Assembly: GCA_965261395.1 (NCBI GenBank)
Contig: OZ253462.1
Coordinates: 3,296,001-3,360,000, forward strand
DNA: 64,000 nucleotides
DNA from: Candidatus Latescibacterota bacterium
GTDB taxonomy: Bacteria; Latescibacterota; UBA2968; UBA8231
Reading direction: 5' to 3'
Below are positions 1-8,174 of this stretch, piece by piece. Position 1 is the first letter of the stretch. Each line of letters begins with the position of its first letter. A program made the position numbers and the translations under genes. Under the pieces are notes generated by a model, which saw only the letters and a list, made by a program, of their open reading frames with translations, was not told the DNA's origin and did not search any database.

Positions 1-513
1 ATTTTCGAGGCGCTAGCTGTTGAGGAAAAGCTCTTCGTGGAGGTGCGGATGGGCCAGCGGGGCGTGCATTGGGAGTTCGACGCGGAGCGCGGCCTGTACC
101 ATCTGCCGCCCTACGACGACCGCAATGTCGCCAGCAAGCATCTGACCACGTTGAGCGTCGATAGTCCGGGTGGCTTTTTCGCGCCCTGCGGAGTCCGGCC
201 CGCCATTGCCGACAAGTACCTGCCAACGGCGATGCTGCAACACCGCGAGCGCTATCAGCGCCCCGAGTGGGCGCAGGCCGGTCTTTTTGGCAAGCCGGAC
301 GTGGTGCCCTCGTCGATCAAGCATCTGCGCGATCTGCGCAACTTGCAGATGACGGCTTACGCCGAGATCGTGCGCGGCGAGCGCGCCCTCGACTATTTCG
401 ACGCTTTTGTGGCCGAATGGATGGAACGGGGCGGGGCGGAAATGACCCAAGAGGCGCGGGAAATCTACACGGTGCGCGCGGAGATTTACAGGAAGGTAGG
501 AGTGGTGCAGTAG
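1..513 (+). CDS. C-terminal part of an extracellular solute-binding protein (LplA/aldouronate-type ABC SBP-like); 5' end lies outside the window
   Basis: Frame 1 is open from base 1 (IFEALAVEEKLFVEVRMG...) to TAG at 511-513. The tail 'AYAEIVRGERALDYFDAFVAEWMERGGAEMTQEA' resembles LplA-type SBP C-termini. Confidence 0.6.
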   Translation: MFEALAVEEKLFVEVRMGQRGVHWEFDAERGLYHLPPYDDRNVASKHLTTLSVDSPGGFFAPCGVRPAIADKYLPTAMLQHRERYQRPEWAQAGLFGKPDVVPSSIKHLRDLRNLQMTAYAEIVRGERALDYFDAFVAEWMERGGAEMTQEAREIYTVRAEIYRKVGVVQ

Positions 514-521
514 GGGCGCGC

Positions 522-2153
522 CTAGACCATGTGGCCGTGTCGTCCTCGCATGTAGAAGGTGCCGTCCCGGTTCATGCCGGGGAATCTCCACGCACCGGGG
601 CTGATGGGCCAAGGCAGGACATCGGCGCGATCTGCCCATTCGCGGTAGCGCTTTTCCATTTCTGCGACTCTCGCTTTTTCTCGCTCCGCTAGGTCGTTGA
701 GTTCGGTGCGATCCTCTTCCATGTTGTAGAGCTCCCAGCCGCCTTGGCCGCTGGTTTCGCAGACCAGTTTCCACGGCCCGATGCGGATGGCGGCATTGCC
801 CTCGTGCTCCCAGTACATAGGCTTTTCGCGCGACCACTCGCGGCCTGCGAGGAGGGCGAGGAAGCTCTCGCCTTCGAGGGGGGTAATGGCGTGGCCGTCG
901 TATTCGGCTGGGTAGGAAGCGCCGGCTGCGTCGATGAGGGTGGCGGTGATGTCGAGGATCTGGACGGGGGTATGCGTCAGGTCGGGTTGCTTGATGGTGG
1001 CAGGCCAGCGGACGATGCAGGGGGTGGCGATGCCGCCTTCGTGGACCCAGCGCTTGTAGCGGCGGAAGGGGGTGGTGCTGACATTGGCCCAGGGCACGTC
1101 GTAGCTCATGTAGGTGTCCGAGGCACCGGGCATCAGACCGGGGATGTTGCCCATTTGCACCGGCCGCCCATCGTAGGTTGTGAGGCCCTGTAAAAAGACC
1201 CAGTCGATGCGGTTGCCATCCTCGCACAAGAATTCAGCGCAGCCGCCGTTGTCCGAAAGAAAAACGACCAACGTATTGTCCTCTATGTCGAGCTCGCGGA
1301 GCTTGGCGAGGATGCGGCCAATGCCTTGGTCCATGCGATCGACTTGGGCCGCGTACACGGCCATGCGCCGATCTTCCCAGTCCGGATCAGCCGCTTCATT
1401 CCAGGGAGGTGCGTCCTCGTCGCGGGGCGATATGTCCCAGTGAGAGCTAACGATTTCCATGTCTTTGAGCGCTTCGTGGCGGGCGGTGCGCGCCGCGTCC
1501 CAGCCGCCTTTGCGGTACTGGCCTTGGTAGCGGGCGATGTCCTCCTCAAAGGCGTGGAGCGGCCAGTGCGGTGCCGTGTACGCGACGTACATGAAGAAGG
1601 GCTGGTCGGCGCTTGCGGCGATGAAGTCAACGGCGTGGTCGGAGATGGCGTCGGTGAGGTAGAAGTCGGTGGGATCCTGAGCGATAGGCGTGCCGTCGAG
1701 GGTGCAGGTGCGTCCGCCAAAGTAGCCGCTGTTGGCCCCGAGGCCAAAGAGGCGGTCAAAGCCGTGCTGCATTTCGGGGGGGATGTCGGCGCTGTCAGGT
1801 CTTTTGCCGCAGTGCCACTTGCCCGACATTAGGGTGCGATAGCCGCGCTCCTTGAGCACTTGGGCGATGGTGACGGCCGAGTGGCGCAGGTAGCCGCCGT
1901 AACCGGGGGCGTTGGGAATGCCGCCGGCCATGTGGCCGATGCCGGCTTGGTGCGGATAGAGGCCGGTCAGCAAGGCCGCGCGCGAGGGGCAGCAGCGGGC
2001 GAAATTGTACATCTGCGAGAAGCGCAGGCCCTCGGTGGCGAGGCGGTCTAGGTTGGGGGTGCGGATTTCGGAGCCGTAGCAGCCGAGGTCGGAATAGCCC
2101 ATGTCGTCGGCGAGGATGAGGACGATGTTGGGGCGCTGGGAAGCGGTGGTCAT
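522..2153 (-). CDS. arylsulfatase (Cys-type formylglycine-dependent sulfatase)
   Basis: RPNIVLILADDMG N-terminus, CCPSRAALLTG (CxPxR) signature, GKWH, APHWP and SDNG motifs; RBS GGAG upstream; no signal peptide seen. Confidence 0.95.
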   Translation of the reverse strand: MTTASQRPNIVLILADDMGYSDLGCYGSEIRTPNLDRLATEGLRFSQMYNFARCCPSRAALLTGLYPHQAGIGHMAGGIPNAPGYGGYLRHSAVTIAQVLKERGYRTLMSGKWHCGKRPDSADIPPEMQHGFDRLFGLGANSGYFGGRTCTLDGTPIAQDPTDFYLTDAISDHAVDFIAASADQPFFMYVAYTAPHWPLHAFEEDIARYQGQYRKGGWDAARTARHEALKDMEIVSSHWDISPRDEDAPPWNEAADPDWEDRRMAVYAAQVDRMDQGIGRILAKLRELDIEDNTLVVFLSDNGGCAEFLCEDGNRIDWVFLQGLTTYDGRPVQMGNIPGLMPGASDTYMSYDVPWANVSTTPFRRYKRWVHEGGIATPCIVRWPATIKQPDLTHTPVQILDITATLIDAAGASYPAEYDGHAITPLEGESFLALLAGREWSREKPMYWEHEGNAAIRIGPWKLVCETSGQGGWELYNMEEDRTELNDLAEREKARVAEMEKRYREWADRADVLPWPISPGAWRFPGMNRDGTFYMRGRHGHMV

Positions 2154-2232
2154 GGAGGGACTCCTCTGGGTGGATTTTCTTTTTAGGCCCTAATCAAACC
2201 ACAAACGACTAGAGAGCCAATTGAGGTGTCAA

Positions 2233-3672
2233 ATGAATGTGCTGCACATCCTCTCCGATCAGCACCAAGCGGCCTGCATGGGTTGCGAAGGCCACGCGCA
2301 GGCGCTGACGCCCAATATGGATCGGCTGGCCAGCGAGGGTATGCGCTTTTCAGCGGCGTACACCCAGAATCCGATCTGCACGCCCAGCCGCATGAGCATG
2401 TATACGGGACAGTACTGCCACAACCACGGCTTCTTTGGTCTGGGCGGGCCGCGTCCGGAGGGGATGCAGAGTTTTCTCGGCTACTTTAAGCAGCACGGGT
2501 ACAAGACGGCGGTGATCGGCAAGACGCACGTGCCCAATCAGCCGCGCGACTGGCTTTTGGACCACGTTGACTACTGGATGTCTGGCACTTCGACGCCGGT
2601 GCCGGACGCGGGCGGTCTGTCGCCGTATCAAACGTTTCTGGCCGGTGCTGGTCTTCTGGAGCAAAACGACAACTTTCGCATCACCGGCTACCCGGCCCGC
2701 CACCCGGTTGGCCTACCCCAGAACCAGTTCCGCGCTCGGCCATCGGAGCTGCCGCTGGAGTACAATGTCGAGAGCTGGTGCGTAGATCGGGCGATTGAAT
2801 TTATGGAGGGGTGCGAGGGAGACCCCTTCTGTATGCAGGTCTCGTTGCCGCGACCGCACGCGCCCTATACGCCGGATCAGAAATTCTGGGACTTGTATGC
2901 AGACGACATCGCGTTGCCAGAGACCTATTACCAAGATCCGTCGGGACGCCCGCCGCATTTCCGCGACATGCACGCGCGATTCCAGCGGGCCTGGGAGGGG
3001 GAGGAATGGTCGCCGGAGGAAGGGGCGCGCAACATTTGGCGCGGCTATCTGGGCTGCGTGACGCAGGTTGACTACTGCATTGGCCGCCTTTTGGACTACC
3101 TCGACGAACGCGGCTTGGCCGAAGATACGATCGTCGTCTATAACTCCGACCACGGCGCGTACAGCACTGCTTTTGGCATTCAGGAAAAGGCCCCTGGGAT
3201 CTGCTCGGAGGCAGTGTGTCGGGTGCCGATGCTCTGGCGGGTGCCGGGCGTTGCGGCCGAGGACAGGGTTTGCGACGCGCTGGTGGAAAATGTCGATTTG
3301 GCTCCGACATTTATGAATCTCTGTGGGTTGCCGGTGATGGAGGGCATGGATGGGGCGGATATCAGCGGGTTTTTGCAGGGTGGGACCGATCCGGTGCATG
3401 AGGTGGCGGTCACCGAGCATCGGCACAGCAAGGCGCTGCGTTGGGATAAGTGGCGCTATGTGCATTATCAACCGGAGGATTTCGGGGCCGACTGCGGCGA
3501 GCTCTACGACTTGGAGGCCGATCCGCACGAGGCCCGCAATTTGTACGGAGATCAGGCGTACCAAGAGATTGTCGAGCAGGGCGAGAAACTTCTGTGCCAC
3601 TGGCTGATCTCGACGCGGCAGTATCGCACGGCGTTTTCGGTGGGGGCGTGGAACGAGACTAATTACGTCTGA
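2233..3672 (+). CDS. sulfatase (choline-sulfatase-like family)
   Basis: MNVLHILSDQH, CTPSRMSMYTG signature, GKTH, PHAP, SDHG and ELYDL motifs. ATG at 2233 preferred over TTG at 2221. Confidence 0.92.
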   Translation: MNVLHILSDQHQAACMGCEGHAQALTPNMDRLASEGMRFSAAYTQNPICTPSRMSMYTGQYCHNHGFFGLGGPRPEGMQSFLGYFKQHGYKTAVIGKTHVPNQPRDWLLDHVDYWMSGTSTPVPDAGGLSPYQTFLAGAGLLEQNDNFRITGYPARHPVGLPQNQFRARPSELPLEYNVESWCVDRAIEFMEGCEGDPFCMQVSLPRPHAPYTPDQKFWDLYADDIALPETYYQDPSGRPPHFRDMHARFQRAWEGEEWSPEEGARNIWRGYLGCVTQVDYCIGRLLDYLDERGLAEDTIVVYNSDHGAYSTAFGIQEKAPGICSEAVCRVPMLWRVPGVAAEDRVCDALVENVDLAPTFMNLCGLPVMEGMDGADISGFLQGGTDPVHEVAVTEHRHSKALRWDKWRYVHYQPEDFGADCGELYDLEADPHEARNLYGDQAYQEIVEQGEKLLCHWLISTRQYRTAFSVGAWNETNYV

Positions 3673-3764
3673 GAGGTTATCGTTCTCTTTGACTTAGGAA
3701 GGTTCCATCGTCCAGCGACCGACGCGGTAAGAGAGAGGACCGACGAAATACCTGAAAGCAACAG

Positions 3765-4214
3765 ATGAACTCGAATCCGCCAAAACATATCGTCGCTGCT
3801 GGGATGCTCGTGGAACGGGGAGATGAGGTGCTGCTGGTTAGAACAGAACGAAGGGGATGGGAGTTTCCAGGTGGCCAAATCGAAGAAGGTGAGTCCGTCC
3901 TTGATGGGGTCGTCCGCGAAGTCAGAGAAGAGGCCAATGTCGTGGCTGCGGCTGATCGACTTGTCGGCGTGTATAGCAACCTCAGTAATCATCGAGTGAT
4001 CTTCGATTTTCTTGGTTCTTGGTTGTCTGGGGACGCCCGGATGGGAGAAGAGACGCTCGATGTTGCATGGGTCCAAAGGACTGAGGCCGGTAAGATGATA
4101 GATCATCCTATTTACAGCCGAAGGCTTCAGCAGCTTTTGTCGTTTGATGGACGGGTTTTGTTTCAATCGTACACGACATCTCCTTTCACGGTATGTGCTC
4201 AGAAGTTTGTATAG
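3765..4214 (+). CDS. NUDIX hydrolase
   Basis: Nudix box GGQIEEGESVLDGVVREVREEANV. Confidence 0.9.
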   Translation: MNSNPPKHIVAAGMLVERGDEVLLVRTERRGWEFPGGQIEEGESVLDGVVREVREEANVVAAADRLVGVYSNLSNHRVIFDFLGSWLSGDARMGEETLDVAWVQRTEAGKMIDHPIYSRRLQQLLSFDGRVLFQSYTTSPFTVCAQKFV

Positions 4215-4229
4215 AGAGTGCTGAAGCTT

Positions 4230-4399
4230 ATGAAAGCGGTTTTATTCGATTTATTCGAAACGCTCGTGACACTTCGCAGCTCCGTTCAAATGGCTGGACG
4301 ATTGGGATTGTTAGCAATGCTACTCCGGACGAGGTGGCCGATTGGTCCGAATGCCCGCTCCGCGATGCAGTGGATGATGCTGTTTTTTCATGTCAAATA
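4230..4399 (+). pseudogene. HAD-family hydrolase remnant (internal deletion/frameshift, truncated by IS30)
   Basis: MKAVLFDLFETLVT (HAD motif I) in one frame, then LRSNGWTIGIVSNATPDEV...VDDAVFSCQIG (motif II region) in another frame. The sequence ends at the IS30 left end. Confidence 0.7.
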
Positions 4400-5510
4400 G
4401 GCCTTGAATTCAACTTGTAAGTGCAATCGCTTGGGTAGCTGGCATAGAAAAGGCCAACTGGTATATTTTCCCTGGCCATTTCAAACGCAGCTCCCGACGG
4501 AGGCGCTTATGGGAACGTATCACCAGTTGACCGAGCATCAAAGATACCAAATTTACGCCCTGAAGAAAGCCGGGCATGATCAGCAGTCCATCGCGGCGAC
4601 GGTGGCGGTATCGCCCTCGACGATTTGTCGGGAGTTGCGGCGCAATCAAGGGCAACGCGGCTATCGTCCCGGCCAAGCCCATCACAAAGCGTTGGCGCGT
4701 CGTCGCCACAAGGCGAAGGCGACCAAGATGACGGCGGCGGTCATCGAGCGCATCGAAGCGGGCCTGGGTCAGCAGTGGAGTCCAGAGCAGATTGCGGGTC
4801 GGCTGGCGACGACCGACGGGTTTCGATTGAGTCCGCAGCGTATCTACCAGCACATCCAGGCGGATCGCCAGGCGGGCGGGATGTTGTATCGCCATCTGCG
4901 CCACAGTCAGAAGAAACGCAAGAAACGTTATGGAAAAGCCGATGCCCGAGGGCAGATTAAAGGCCGCATCAGCATGGACCAGCGACCGGCCATCGTGGAG
5001 GAAAAAAGTCGCATCGGCGATTGGGAAATCGACTTGGTGATGGGACGTGCACGCACCGGGGCGCTCGTCTCGGTGGTGGAACGTCGCTCGCGCTATACCG
5101 TGCTGGGCAAAGTCCCCTCCAAACAGGCCGAGCACGTAGCGGCGGCCACCATTGCGTTGCTCGCTGCCCATAAGGGGCATACCCAGACGATTACGGCCGA
5201 TAACGGCAAGGAGTTTGCCCACCATGCCACGATCAGCCAAGCGTTGGACGCGGCTGTGTATTTTGCCCATCCCTACCATGCCTGGGAGCGCGGACTCAAC
5301 GAGAACACCAACGGGCTGATTCGCCAGTATGTGCCCAAAGGGACGGCCTTGGATACGCTGTCCCAGGCGCAGGTACACCACATCATGGAGCGGCTCAATC
5401 ATCGACCGCGAAAGGGCTTGGCATTTCAAACGCCGCATGAAATCTTATGCAAGGAAACAGAAGTTCAACCCAAACATGGCGAAATTGCGCTTACGAGTTG
5501 AATCCGCGCC
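4400..5510 (+). mobile_element. IS30-family insertion sequence
   Basis: Imperfect terminal inverted repeats: left GGCCTTGAATTCAACTTGTAAGTGCAAT (from 4400); right, reverse-complemented, GGCGCGGATTCAACTCGTAAGCGCAAT (ends 5510). They enclose one transposase gene. Confidence 0.9.
4509..5501 (+). CDS. IS30-family DDE transposase
   Basis: HQLTEHQRYQI...SPSTICRELRRN HTH, WSPEQIAGR, GDWEIDLV, TADNGKEFA, WERGLNENTNGLIRQY, LNHRPRK. The stop codon lies inside the right IR. Confidence 0.96.
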   Translation: MGTYHQLTEHQRYQIYALKKAGHDQQSIAATVAVSPSTICRELRRNQGQRGYRPGQAHHKALARRRHKAKATKMTAAVIERIEAGLGQQWSPEQIAGRLATTDGFRLSPQRIYQHIQADRQAGGMLYRHLRHSQKKRKKRYGKADARGQIKGRISMDQRPAIVEEKSRIGDWEIDLVMGRARTGALVSVVERRSRYTVLGKVPSKQAEHVAAATIALLAAHKGHTQTITADNGKEFAHHATISQALDAAVYFAHPYHAWERGLNENTNGLIRQYVPKGTALDTLSQAQVHHIMERLNHRPRKGLAFQTPHEILCKETEVQPKHGEIALTS

Positions 5511-5513
5511 GTA

Positions 5514-5542
5514 TTGATACACTCTGAACTATTGACTATAAT
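5514..5542 (+). promoter_or_regulatory. sigma70-type promoter for the 5600-23362 gene run
   Basis: TTGATA (5514-5519), 17-nt spacer, TATAAT (5537-5542); the ATG at 5600 follows 57 nt later. Confidence 0.7.
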
Positions 5543-5599
5543 TGCTGTGGAAACGGCGTCGACATTGGATTGTAGCACTTCTTCTCGGAGTTTGCGACA

Positions 5600-8095
5600 A
5601 TGCCCTGTGGGATCTACTGGATTTGTCTACTTCTGGTCGGCGCAATATCCCGTCCTTCCCTAGCCGAGATCCAGATTTTCTCCATTCCCAAAGATATATC
5701 CTGGGAGGAGGCAGAGCAGCCTCCCCTTAGACCGGCCAAATTCTTCCATTCTATCGACTTCGAACGCATTCCGGACGGCATCATGTCGCTCGAGCCGAGC
5801 CGAGTAGCAGAGGTTCCCGATATTCCCCTCGAAGGGGACGTGTTGAGCGCTGATCAATGGGATCGCCTGTTCCGCTTTTCCCGGCATGTCGCGCAGCAGG
5901 ACGTGGTGGCCGAGCGGGCAGTGGAACTGGAAGACGGGCGGGTGATCGAGGTGGGAGAAGTCTTGTTCCCCCGCCTAGGCAACCTGCCCGGCAGCATCGA
6001 CGATGTGCGGCTTTTGCTGCGGGCTGGTGTGCGGCAGGTGCCGGTCTTGATCAACGTGGCCGAGTCCTTTCCCAAGACCGAAGTAGAGACCAAGTTCAGC
6101 AAGAATATCAACCTCATCAGTCCGAGTTTTTTCGAGTACGCTCTCACGCAGGACCAGAAAGAGGTGGAGTTCGCCGAGATATTCGACGGCAATCCGCACA
6201 CCTCTTTCGAGCGCGTGGACAAGCCCGGACAAGATATCGTCAAGAAGATGATTCTCGTAGTGGACTTGGATCGCTTCTTTCCTCTGTCCCTGATTCGCTT
6301 TTATCCCAAACCCGGGGGACTGCGGCTCTCGGCCTATACCCTCCGCTTGGGAGTTCCCGGCACGGAAAGACCCATAGCTGGCCTGGACCTCGAAGATCCG
6401 GAGAACGGCAATCCGGGCTTTCCCAAGTACATCAAGGTGGCCGATGCCCTGCCGACTTTTGTAATTGCGCAGAGTGTGCCGGTCAACCGGCAGGACACGG
6501 CGGCGGTCTTCTTTGAGCCGCCGCGTCGGCTGCGTTACTTCCGCCTAGATGTGGATACCAACCTCGACTACGACCTGGCGGAAATGGAGGCATTTGCCGA
6601 CGGCTTTATGCCCAGCGCCTCCTATGTCACCCAGGTTCTGGAGCTTCCTCGATCCACCCTAGGGCGGATTTTCTGGGAAGAGGAAAAGATAGGCGATCCA
6701 AGCCAGTCGCAGGCCGTACTCAGCTTTCAGACTGGCTTGACCGAGGAGTCCGAGGTCCTGTTCCGCAAAACCGATTTCGACGACCAGTTCGAGTGGCAGC
6801 GGCAGGAGGATGGCGGGGCCCTCGTCGTCGATCGGCGGACAGGATCCGGGACTTTTGGCCAGGAGGTCGACTTGAACGCCCTCGAATTGCGCTTAGATGC
6901 CCGCGAGATTTTCAGCGCCCTGAGCGACGAGGAACGCCTAGCCGTGCGTCTCACGCGCGAACAGTACCAAGAGTTGCCCGGCAATCAGATAAGCAAGGTA
7001 GAGCCGGCTCTGCGCTTTTGGAGCGGCTTCCAGCCGCTGGAGAGCGGAGACGCTATCAACGCTCCGAGCGGGCGGCCCTACTTCCAAGTCCGGATCGACT
7101 TTTCCAGTGAGAGTGCGCGGGCGGCTACGGCAATCCGCAACCTGCGCTTTGAATTTGAGACTCCGCTGCTGGTCCAGGAGGCCAAAGGGGAAATTGCCCC
7201 GGCCGCAGATGTAATCGCTGGCAGGGACACGCTGTTCATGTTTGCGCTACAGACGAGTCTGGCAGCGGAAAATGCGGGCTTCAACCGGCTGCATATCCGC
7301 ACTCCGGCGCGGATCCGCGCAATCGAATCGGTGAGCGTAGCGTTGGAGGACAGCCCAGTGCGAGAACTGCGGCGGATTCCGCTGGGGGATCGGCGCGAGC
7401 CGGGTGAGGACGAGTTCAAGGAAGTGGCTATAGAGGACCAGTTTTTTGCAGTGGAGTTGCCGCGGCTGCGGACCTCGGAAGACGGGCTTTCCCGAACGGC
7501 TCTCATCCGGGTGAAATTCATCGGCCGGGTGCTTGATTTCAGAACCCGGTTTCAGGCCCATGTCTTTCTCGACACGCTAGGGGCGCGCGACCGGACGGAG
7601 TTTGTCGACGGAGGAGTTGTGATCATCAATGAGAACGAAGCCGGTGCGGACACGCTGGGCTTTTTGTTGCTCCAAGAAGTTGGAGAGGGAAATGTAGTGA
7701 ATTTTGCCGCTGCCGAGTTGCTGGAGGACCGCAACTCATTGAGCGTGGTGGCCGATATCTCGGCCCAGAGCAAAAAGCTGGTGGACAATGTTGGAGTCGC
7801 TCCCAATCCGTTCACGCCCAATGGAGACGGAGTCAACGACGAAGTGGTCATCTCCTATGATATATTGCGGCTGATAAGGCCTGGTCTGGTGAGTCTGGAG
7901 GTTTTCGATTTGACTGGCTACCGCCGGCGCCTAATCGGGGAACTCCTGTTGACTTCAGGAGGCTACACCGAGACCTGGGATGGTCGAGACGAGAACGGCC
8001 AACCCGTGCCTCCTGGGATCTATTTGCTGCGTATCAGAGGAGACACGGATACCAAGGAGTCGGTCGCACTAAAACAGGTAGCGGTGGTTTATTAG
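5600..8095 (+). CDS. secreted protein with discoidin(F5/8C)-like domain and C-terminal FlgD-Ig/CHU_C-like tail (paralogue 1)
   Basis: Signal peptide ending ...SLA-E; FDGNPHTSF, VDLDRFFPLSLIRFYP, LAEMEAF; C-terminal PNPFTPNGDGVND...WDGRDENGQPVPPGIY...VAVVY. Confidence 0.75.
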   Translation: MPCGIYWICLLLVGAISRPSLAEIQIFSIPKDISWEEAEQPPLRPAKFFHSIDFERIPDGIMSLEPSRVAEVPDIPLEGDVLSADQWDRLFRFSRHVAQQDVVAERAVELEDGRVIEVGEVLFPRLGNLPGSIDDVRLLLRAGVRQVPVLINVAESFPKTEVETKFSKNINLISPSFFEYALTQDQKEVEFAEIFDGNPHTSFERVDKPGQDIVKKMILVVDLDRFFPLSLIRFYPKPGGLRLSAYTLRLGVPGTERPIAGLDLEDPENGNPGFPKYIKVADALPTFVIAQSVPVNRQDTAAVFFEPPRRLRYFRLDVDTNLDYDLAEMEAFADGFMPSASYVTQVLELPRSTLGRIFWEEEKIGDPSQSQAVLSFQTGLTEESEVLFRKTDFDDQFEWQRQEDGGALVVDRRTGSGTFGQEVDLNALELRLDAREIFSALSDEERLAVRLTREQYQELPGNQISKVEPALRFWSGFQPLESGDAINAPSGRPYFQVRIDFSSESARAATAIRNLRFEFETPLLVQEAKGEIAPAADVIAGRDTLFMFALQTSLAAENAGFNRLHIRTPARIRAIESVSVALEDSPVRELRRIPLGDRREPGEDEFKEVAIEDQFFAVELPRLRTSEDGLSRTALIRVKFIGRVLDFRTRFQAHVFLDTLGARDRTEFVDGGVVIINENEAGADTLGFLLLQEVGEGNVVNFAAAELLEDRNSLSVVADISAQSKKLVDNVGVAPNPFTPNGDGVNDEVVISYDILRLIRPGLVSLEVFDLTGYRRRLIGELLLTSGGYTETWDGRDENGQPVPPGIYLLRIRGDTDTKESVALKQVAVVY

Positions 8096-8174
8096 ACTCT
8101 TTCCATATTCGGCGATCCGCTCCGCGGGTTGAGCACGCCCGACCAGGCTATCCAACGCGGAAGGAAAAGACAAG

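Noticed and set aside
510-527. GTAGGGGCGCGCCTAG as a third REP copy
   Set aside because: Only the first 9 nt match and the second arm is missing; at most a remnant.
13-1227. 404-aa ORF and other long alternative-frame or antisense ORFs (e.g. 4410-5438, 20671-21897, 34388-35395, 39530-40408, 54999-55910, 58446-59450)
   Set aside because: They overlap well-supported genes, have Arg/Pro/Ala-biased composition and show no motifs; these are typical high-GC shadow ORFs.
8096-8174. Possible structured RNA or riboswitch between paralogues 1 and 2
   Set aside because: Only weak, interrupted complementarity and no recognisable aptamer or U-tract.
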